Below, in pieces: positions 57,818-64,000 of a stretch of 64,000 bases of DNA. Position 1 is the first letter of the stretch. Each line of letters begins with the position of its first letter. The DNA comes from a virus (taxonomy: Duplodnaviria; Caudoviricetes), in IMG/VR virus record IMGVR_UViG_3300038345_000076, positions 41,851-105,850 of that record. The stretch is one strand, 5' to 3'. The position numbers and the translations under genes are program-made. The notes under the pieces were generated by a model. It had not been told where the DNA came from and ran no database searches. It saw only the letters and a list, made by a program, of their open reading frames with translations.

Positions 57818-58377
57818 TTACTTGTCAACAAACTCCCATTTATAGCCGCCAGCAGATTTGATATAATATCCCTTTTCTTTGTTTATTATCTGTTTGGCAG
57901 CACAATTCCTTATATTCTCGTGTCTTATGCTGGTTTCCCGACTTGCTTCTCTTATTGTTTTATACTCCTTTATAAATTTTCCATCAAGAGAAAATTGGGC
58001 AACAGGTCTTAATCTTGGGTTTCTGCTAACCCACGTTCCATATTGCATATTATAATCTCTATCACACCACTCAAGATTATCTACACGATTATTGTCTTTA
58101 TTTTCATCCTTGTGGTTTATTTCTGGCAAATTATTTGGATTTGGAATAAAAGCCTTTGCCACAAGACGATGTACTTTAGTTGTTTTTCCTCTATCATTTC
58201 TTCGCAGTCTAACATTGCAATATCCACATGCATCGTGAATATTATTATGTGAGAACAATCGTCAAGGATTTCAACATCTTTTCTGACACCAACGTGTAAA
58301 AACGATTTGATTCTTCCGAGGTTTGATACTTGGTATCTCCCCTCATACCCTTCAATATCTTTCCAAACTTCTTCCAT
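57818..58377 (-). pseudogene. NUMOD4-HNH-NUMOD1 homing endonuclease split by a frameshift near 58260
   Basis: EVWKDIEGYEGRYQVSNLGRIKS in one frame; VHRLVAKAF...INHKDENKDNN..NLEWC in another. Confidence 0.75.
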
Positions 58378-58389
58378 AATATTAAAATT

Positions 58390-58572
58390 TTAGTCCACCT
58401 CTTTCACTTCAAGGGAGTCGAGAAGAGAAAGAATACTCTTGAAAAGAGTTATCTTCATGTCGGCATCACGTTTCTTTATTATTCCTGCCTTTTGCGATAC
58501 TTCTATATCACTAATGCGTGACATTATCTCCGCTACTAAAGCGTCTTTGTTTATTAAATGTGCCATAATCAA
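58390..58572 (-). CDS. Small hypothetical protein
   Basis: LINKDALVAEI...LEVKE. Confidence 0.6.
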   Translation of the reverse strand: MIMAHLINKDALVAEIMSRISDIEVSQKAGIIKKRDADMKITLFKSILSLLDSLEVKEVD

Positions 58573-59030
58573 TCTTCCATTACCAATTCAAATGCAACCA
58601 TACCTTGACCATCGCAGCATATACTACGAAAGTCAACAAGCCATTCCATATCCTTAAAACCATTTTCATCGGTGTTTGTTACTATACCGATGCGGTTAAC
58701 GTCTGCCCAAGAGGGTGTTTCCTCTATGATGGCATCTATCTTATCTCTTAACTCTTTCAGTGTCATCCTCACTCTTCCTTTCATATATTTTCTAAATTCA
58801 TCAACATTGATAGTATATTCGCCACAACCAAGAGTTGCCCTTGCTCCGTGTTTTAAGACTTGCTTTTGATTGTAATCATACAAGAACTGTGCAGCCTTCT
58901 CTATAAAGGCATCAGTGCGGATGTACTCAATGTCATTCTCGTCACTTCTTTTAGACAGCCATCTATAATCAGGTGTCTCAGTAATAGGATTTTCAAAGAG
59001 ATATATCTTCTCAGGTACGTTTGCTTTCAT
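58569..59030 (-). CDS. Hypothetical protein (possibly two fused small genes)
   Basis: PEKIYL...IEYIRTDAFIEKA, then a second MTLKELR-like start. Confidence 0.6.
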   Translation of the reverse strand: MKANVPEKIYLFENPITETPDYRWLSKRSDENDIEYIRTDAFIEKAAQFLYDYNQKQVLKHGARATLGCGEYTINVDEFRKYMKGRVRMTLKELRDKIDAIIEETPSWADVNRIGIVTNTDENGFKDMEWLVDFRSICCDGQGMVAFELVMED

Positions 59031-59034
59031 AACT

Positions 59035-60210
59035 TTATGATTTTAGTTTATTTAATTGTTCACTAATATCTCCAAGTCTATCTCCAAGTTCACCATATCC
59101 AAAAACTTTTAACACCGCCATAGCCTGAGCAATAACACCCAGTTGCTCTTCACTCGGCTTCCAAGTGTATCTATCTTTGAGGAATTTAAGAAATTTAAAA
59201 ATGCAGGGGTTTCCAAGAGGATATTGTATTCCTACACAACGTTTAATTTCTTCAAAAAGTTCCTCATCCTCTTCACTCCACTCAGCAGGCTTCTGCTCAA
59301 TCTTCTTCAACTCTTTCTTTTCAGCATCCCATTCATATCCTGCTTCTTTCATCTTCTGGAATAATAGGTCACGCTGTTCTTTGGTTGCTGGATAACTACC
59401 TACAATTCCATGAGAACCTCCCATATCAATAAAGCACTTGTGATTTCCATAACAATATGAATGATACATAAGTTTTGTTGAAGGCTCTTGATAGATACAA
59501 ACATTACCTAAACTATCTACAAGCACATCGCCATCCTTTGCATCTTGGATAGTCCAAAGTCTCCAGTCTGATTCTTGCTCAAAAAGAATAAAACTGTCGT
59601 TATCTACCAAATAGTGTGTATCACAAATTTTGGTTATACAGAAAGGCTTACTTGTATAACGATTTGATACTACCCAATCACCTTCGTGAAACTTTGGTTC
59701 AACTTTATCATCAGGGGTTTGCTCTACTTCTCTAAGTTCTCCATTCTCACAATAAATACAGCCCTTACGATTAACACATCCATCACAAGGATTAGGATTC
59801 TGCTTACCTTGCTTTTTAAGCCAATAAGCATCATGCAATCTATTGTGTAAACTTTCGAGTTGCTCATACAAATCCTTATCTTTTTGCACTTTCTTTGCGG
59901 CTTCCATTGCACATTGTAATGCAAGTACATCGTCAAATTTAAACTTAGGTAGGCTTATATTTTCGCCTTGCTTTTCAAGCCAAGCAATCCACCATTGATA
60001 TTTCTTTTTCCATATAGTAGTGGAAGAGGTACTAAGACATGATTTTAAATGTTCAAGTAATTCCATCTTCTCGTCCTCTGACTCAAAAAGTTCTGGGAAG
60101 AAGTCTTGAACATCAGCCCTTGTTATAAGTGGGTCAACACCTTGTGTCATAAATTGTTTAAGTTTACCTACAACTTTGTCATAGCGTTTTGCTTTTTCCT
60201 CTTGTGTCAT
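59035..60210 (-). CDS. Modular hypothetical protein (391 aa)
   Basis: GDWVV...LWTIQDAKDGDVL...PATKEQRDLLF modules. Confidence 0.75.
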   Translation of the reverse strand: MTQEEKAKRYDKVVGKLKQFMTQGVDPLITRADVQDFFPELFESEDEKMELLEHLKSCLSTSSTTIWKKKYQWWIAWLEKQGENISLPKFKFDDVLALQCAMEAAKKVQKDKDLYEQLESLHNRLHDAYWLKKQGKQNPNPCDGCVNRKGCIYCENGELREVEQTPDDKVEPKFHEGDWVVSNRYTSKPFCITKICDTHYLVDNDSFILFEQESDWRLWTIQDAKDGDVLVDSLGNVCIYQEPSTKLMYHSYCYGNHKCFIDMGGSHGIVGSYPATKEQRDLLFQKMKEAGYEWDAEKKELKKIEQKPAEWSEEDEELFEEIKRCVGIQYPLGNPCIFKFLKFLKDRYTWKPSEEQLGVIAQAMAVLKVFGYGELGDRLGDISEQLNKLKS

Positions 60211-60313
60211 AATTTTTTTGTAATTTATTTTTTAACCAATTATAAATTATATTCGCATCCCATTTATCAGTAACTTGATATTTAGCAAGAGCATTTTTAC
60301 AAATTGGATCTGT

Positions 60314-60784
60314 TCATCTTTGTTCCTTGCCATTGCTCATATTTTTATATTCAAACTCAAGTTCACCGCCTGTCAGAAAGCGCATTATATTCTGCAAGGA
60401 GTGGATATATAGGCATTCAATCCTAATCCATTGCTTTTGTGTAAAATCTGGCTTGAACTTGAAAGTGCTATAACGCTTTTTAGCGTCATATTTCCAGTAT
60501 AGTCTCATGTCGCCAAAATAGTACATCAATTTCCATGATCTCTTGTCAGATTCGATAAACCCCAACTTTCTTAGTACGTGATCCATGACTATAAGACCGT
60601 TGATTCTCCCTATAGGATATTTATGCTCACATCCAATTATTTCTTCTTCCCCGATAGAAGAATGGAGGATTTTTACATTGATGATGTTGTCCTTAATGCC
60701 GCAGACCTCGCAGACGAGTTCGCTTGCATCCGGCTTGCTTACCCACACAATGCTACCGATGCTTAATTCTCTGATATTCCTCAT
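60314..60784 (-). CDS. Hypothetical protein
   Basis: ELSIGS...LRKLGF...YIHSLQNI pattern. Confidence 0.7.
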   Translation of the reverse strand: MRNIRELSIGSIVWVSKPDASELVCEVCGIKDNIINVKILHSSIGEEEIIGCEHKYPIGRINGLIVMDHVLRKLGFIESDKRSWKLMYYFGDMRLYWKYDAKKRYSTFKFKPDFTQKQWIRIECLYIHSLQNIMRFLTGGELEFEYKNMSNGKEQR

Positions 60785-61596
60785 ACGACCGTTGATGTTG
60801 AAGAGTCTTCTTTTTCAAATATCATACCAGTGTGACGACCAACAAGAGCATCACAGAGTGCTTCCTTGAACTTATCGCAGAACTTATCAAGAGAGCATTT
60901 CCCACAGTCTTCAAGAGAGCATTTCCCACAGTCTTCAATTTTGGGGCTGACCAGATTGTGTCGAACACCGTCAATAATAATAGCATATTCCTTTGGTACT
61001 CTTTTTTTGATATACCGATTCTTTTTGCTATCATATTCAAAACCATTCTCACGAATCTTATTGAACAGTAGTTCTTTTTGTTCTTTGGTCGCAGGATAGA
61101 ACGGGTCTATGACACCTTTCCACCATAATGCACCAAGTCCACCTGCAACTATTTCATCATCTTCTACACAATAACCTATATTACTGCATAGCGTTCTGCC
61201 AGTACCTTCTACTTTTTTCCAATCATCTACAATGAAAATGCCCTCCACACCGCATCCTTTGGGAGTATATAGAACATCACCAGGCTTGGCATCTTCAATA
61301 GTCCATAGACGCATACAATCTTCTCTGTTTTTTGGAATGAAACCTTGTTCGCTATTAACGTAGCCTAATACATCTACTCTGACAATCTGTGTCACCCAAC
61401 CATCATAGACCACCCAATCTCCAGCTTTGAACAATTCTTCTTTTGACTCTTTTATGCTTGTAATTTCTATACCGTTAAATACAAGTCCTTGTTTTTTAAG
61501 TGCTTCCTGCAATAGATACTTGTTCTCTTTCGAGATAGGTGTCATATTAAACAGAGAGACCAACAATTTGTCAATGTCAACCTTTGTATTATTCAT
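60781..61596 (-). CDS. Modular hypothetical protein (271 aa)
   Basis: Shares LWTIEDAKPGDVL and PATKEQ modules with 59035..60210. Confidence 0.75.
   Translation of the reverse strand: MNNTKVDIDKLLVSLFNMTPISKENKYLLQEALKKQGLVFNGIEITSIKESKEELFKAGDWVVYDGWVTQIVRVDVLGYVNSEQGFIPKNREDCMRLWTIEDAKPGDVLYTPKGCGVEGIFIVDDWKKVEGTGRTLCSNIGYCVEDDEIVAGGLGALWWKGVIDPFYPATKEQKELLFNKIRENGFEYDSKKNRYIKKRVPKEYAIIIDGVRHNLVSPKIEDCGKCSLEDCGKCSLDKFCDKFKEALCDALVGRHTGMIFEKEDSSTSTVV
60887..60938. repeat. 24-bp tandem duplication
   Basis: TCAAGAGAGCATTTCCCACAGTCT x2, in frame (EDCGKCSL x2). Confidence 0.9.
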
Positions 61597-61608
61597 ACTA
61601 TTTATCTT

Positions 61609-61914
61609 TTAACGACACAATGCGCATAACGCATCGTTCTGTAACTTTTCATAAAATGCACGTTTTGCAAGTCCGCAATTCTCAGAATCTTTTTGTTCTG
61701 TGTGTTTGCACAGGACGTAGGAATCATCCAATCGAAACCCAAATCTGATATAAGTCGAAAAAGGGTGGATCGAATCAGCGTAATGTTGGCACTTTAGGCA
61801 TCTGTCATTACCTGCGTATGCAGGCAAACCACTCAATCTGCATTTCTCGCCATATCTGACAAAGTGATAGTCATGCTCAACCTTTCCAGTCTGATAGTCG
61901 TAAGTTGCTGCCAT
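61609..61914 (-). CDS. Cys-containing hypothetical protein
   Basis: ORF track. Confidence 0.65.
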   Translation of the reverse strand: MAATYDYQTGKVEHDYHFVRYGEKCRLSGLPAYAGNDRCLKCQHYADSIHPFSTYIRFGFRLDDSYVLCKHTEQKDSENCGLAKRAFYEKLQNDALCALCR

Positions 61915-61930
61915 ACATTATTGTATATAG

Positions 61931-62674
61931 TTACCATTGATCGCCAGGCATCATCTTGTATTCAATGCCATCGAGCAAAGAACCGTTTTTGTACTTGCTT
62001 CGCTTCACTCCATCCGCGCCCCATGCGCCCCACTGCTTGAAGAAGAATGGAATATTTTGCTCTTTGCAGGCTTCACGCAGGTCTCTGAACCACTGAATAG
62101 GTGTCTGTCTGGCTCTTACACCACTCTCTCCACCAGTTATCACCCAATCAATGTTAGTCAGATCAATGTCTGCCATATCGCCAAGAAGAGGTTCGCAAGA
62201 AAGAAATCTGACGGTAGCATCTTTGACACCTCGCAGATGGCAAACACGGTCGTAGTATTTCCCATTCTCACAGGTAACACCAAGCCAGACATTATTTGTT
62301 ATTCGTCTAAGACGATTGAAATAATTAGCCATTCTTTTAGCCCTCTTTGTGAGTATCTGGAAGGTGTGTTGAGGATTGCCTCCAATGACATCCATTACTT
62401 TGTCGATAAACTCTATTGGAACGTCTTCGTGAAATAGGTCGCCCATTGACACGACAAAGCACATCGTTGGCTTCTTCCACGAATAAGGCTCTTCGAGGCA
62501 TTCAGGGTGGATTGTAGGATTGAAACCATTTTTGTACTTTTCCTTACTACCAGGCATCTTCTGAAGCCGACGTGCCATAGTCTTTGCGTAGCAGTTCTGG
62601 CAAGCCTCACTTACCTCGGTGCAGCCCGTAACTGGCGACCAAGTGACTTCTGTCCATGAAATTTTCGTAGCCAT
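61931..62674 (-). CDS. DUF5131 (phage Gp37/Gp68) family protein
   Basis: TWSPVTGCTEVSEACQNCYA, SMGDLFH, FQILTKR, SCEPLL, WVITGGESG, FFFKQWG. Confidence 0.9.
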   Translation of the reverse strand: MATKISWTEVTWSPVTGCTEVSEACQNCYAKTMARRLQKMPGSKEKYKNGFNPTIHPECLEEPYSWKKPTMCFVVSMGDLFHEDVPIEFIDKVMDVIGGNPQHTFQILTKRAKRMANYFNRLRRITNNVWLGVTCENGKYYDRVCHLRGVKDATVRFLSCEPLLGDMADIDLTNIDWVITGGESGVRARQTPIQWFRDLREACKEQNIPFFFKQWGAWGADGVKRSKYKNGSLLDGIEYKMMPGDQW

Positions 62675-62678
62675 AACT

Positions 62679-62954
62679 CTATTTGTTTAACTGTTTCATC
62701 ATTGCGTCTGCAATTTCAAATGCGCGTTTTGCCAATCTTTCGCTGAAAATGCCACCACGCAGTAAGAGAGATTGCATTGCTGCTTTCGCAAATTCAATGC
62801 GGGCGTTATTGTCACCATCCGGGATGATCTCAACCTCGTTGATATTGTATTCAATATCATCATGCTCAGAAGTGCCAGGACGATGCACCGCAACTAAGGA
62901 GTTGGGTGCAAAGTCCATGACCTCATTCGTCTCAATGATTCTTACCTTTGCCAT
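62679..62954 (-). CDS. Hypothetical protein
   Basis: FAKAAMQSLL...AFEIADAMM motif common in phage proteins. Confidence 0.7.
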   Translation of the reverse strand: MAKVRIIETNEVMDFAPNSLVAVHRPGTSEHDDIEYNINEVEIIPDGDNNARIEFAKAAMQSLLLRGGIFSERLAKRAFEIADAMMKQLNK

Positions 62955-62956
62955 AG

Positions 62957-63235
62957 TTACAGAACTTCAATCTTGTCTTCTGGATAGACGAGGATAGATC
63001 GCATCGACTCTTTACCGTCGTTGGTCTCTTGTTTGAGGATTGGCACAACGTCTGTATTGAAAGAAGATACAGTGTTTCCTTTGACGATTCCGATGCGCGA
63101 CTTGCCGTTAGAGCCAGTAACCTTCACTCTCGTACCCACGGGATAGGGGTCGTTGGTGTTGATGTACTCTTCTTCCAACTCTTTCATCTGATTGGCGAGT
63201 TGGTTATGCTTTTCGATATACTCTTGCTTATCCAT
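62957..63235 (-). CDS. Hypothetical protein
   Basis: ORF track. Confidence 0.7.
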   Translation of the reverse strand: MDKQEYIEKHNQLANQMKELEEEYINTNDPYPVGTRVKVTGSNGKSRIGIVKGNTVSSFNTDVVPILKQETNDGKESMRSILVYPEDKIEVL

Positions 63236-63242
63236 GGCCGTA

Positions 63243-63485
63243 TTACTTTAGATGATTCTCTACGAGTGTAACACAATCACTGAGGTTGGAAACTTTCTCG
63301 GCTTCATCGTCAGGAATTGTGATCCCAAATTCCTTTTCGATTTCCATAAAAAGTTCTACATTGTCAAGAGAGTCCATTCCAAGGTCATCCCTGAAATCTG
63401 CATTGTCAGTTACCTGTTCGGCTGGAACACCGTTTTTGTCAACGATGATTTCTTTGATTTTGCCTTTGATTTCTTCTTTGTTCAT
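63243..63485 (-). CDS. acpP: Acyl carrier protein
   Basis: DLGMDSLDNVELFMEIEKEFGITIPDDEAEK with the phosphopantetheine Ser. Confidence 0.9.
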   Translation of the reverse strand: MNKEEIKGKIKEIIVDKNGVPAEQVTDNADFRDDLGMDSLDNVELFMEIEKEFGITIPDDEAEKVSNLSDCVTLVENHLK

Positions 63486-63490
63486 AATTC

Positions 63491-64000
63491 TTAAATGTTT
63501 GATCTTAATAGTTTAAATTGTTTATCACTAAGTTCTGGGCTGTATGAGCCGTAAGTCTTGTCAAAGTACACTGCCTGGAAAGACAAGAATCTTTCAATAT
63601 TTACTCGCGTGAAGTCACTTTTTCTGTCGATGAATGGAATATGATCCGTAATCGGGCAATCAAGGTGGGTTATCACACCATAAAGTTTGAACTGATGTTG
63701 CAGTTTCAGGTTATCAATATGGTGTCTGTCTATGACCCTTCGTAGTAGATTCTCGTCAAATACTCCATACTTGAAAACTCCTTGGAAGCCATCGTTTAGG
63801 TTTGTCGGTTCATCAAGTTTGAAGTGTTCCCTAACAATATCCCCACGAAAAGGTTCGTAACCATTTCCGTGCCGCGTCAGATACGAGCGCATCACCATGA
63901 ATACTTCAGCATCTTGTAGATAACGCTCTGGAACACCATTCAGACCTACACGCGACGGTGTGCAGTGCGGCATAAATCCGCAATCCATATCAAGCAAAAG
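63491..64000 (-). CDS. Divergent adenylosuccinate synthetase-like protein, C-terminal part (5' end outside the window)
   Basis: LLDMDCGFMPHCTPS, RSYLTRHGNG, TN...FQG.F..G.FD and THLD mirror PurA motifs. Confidence 0.65.
   Translation of the reverse strand, partial: LLLDMDCGFMPHCTPSRVGLNGVPERYLQDAEVFMVMRSYLTRHGNGYEPFRGDIVREHFKLDEPTNLNDGFQGVFKYGVFDENLLRRVIDRHHIDNLKLQHQFKLYGVITHLDCPITDHIPFIDRKSDFTRVNIERFLSFQAVYFDKTYGSYSPELSDKQFKLLRSNI

Noticed and set aside
63491-64000. PurZ / Z-genome pathway
   Set aside because: The substrate-loop motif does not match PurZ and the diagnostic N-terminus is outside the window
1-64000. tRNA or rRNA genes
   Set aside because: No cloverleaf or rRNA signature recognised by eye; tRNAscan-SE was not run

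Overview
This 64 kb window is part of a large tailed (siphovirus-like) phage of Bacteroidales, probably Prevotella-like. The host call rests on TTTG-N19-21-TAnnTTTG promoters, A-rich leaders without Shine-Dalgarno sequences and a Bacteroidetes-type tyrosine recombinase. Layout: (1) 1-10.8 kb is a leftward array of small early-type genes, almost every one separated by a fixed-length 30-31 nt hairpin, often followed by AGUACGA on the mRNA strand. (2) 10.8-11.7 kb is an AT-rich divergent control region that may hold the genome end or origin. (3) 11.7-17.8 kb encodes a D5-like helicase, a GNAT, a HAD phosphatase and a Tad2-like protein. (4) 17.8-23.9 kb is a leftward packaging operon with an intein-containing TerL, portal and minor head protein. 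(5) 24-45 kb holds head and tail genes, including a probable -1 frameshift tail chaperone pair. (6) 44.8-49.7 kb is a tail-fibre shufflon: ten in-frame alternative C-termini, each starting at a CTGGGCG site, next to a tyrosine recombinase. (7) 49.9-52 kb is the lysis module. (8) 52.2-56.1 kb holds a promoter-driven structured ncRNA candidate, an HTH gene and a Cys-rich/membrane operon of unknown function. (9) 56-64 kb is leftward accessory genes, including a split HNH, DUF5131, an acyl carrier protein and a divergent adenylosuccinate-synthetase-like gene. All family assignments come from motif recognition by eye; no database searches were run.
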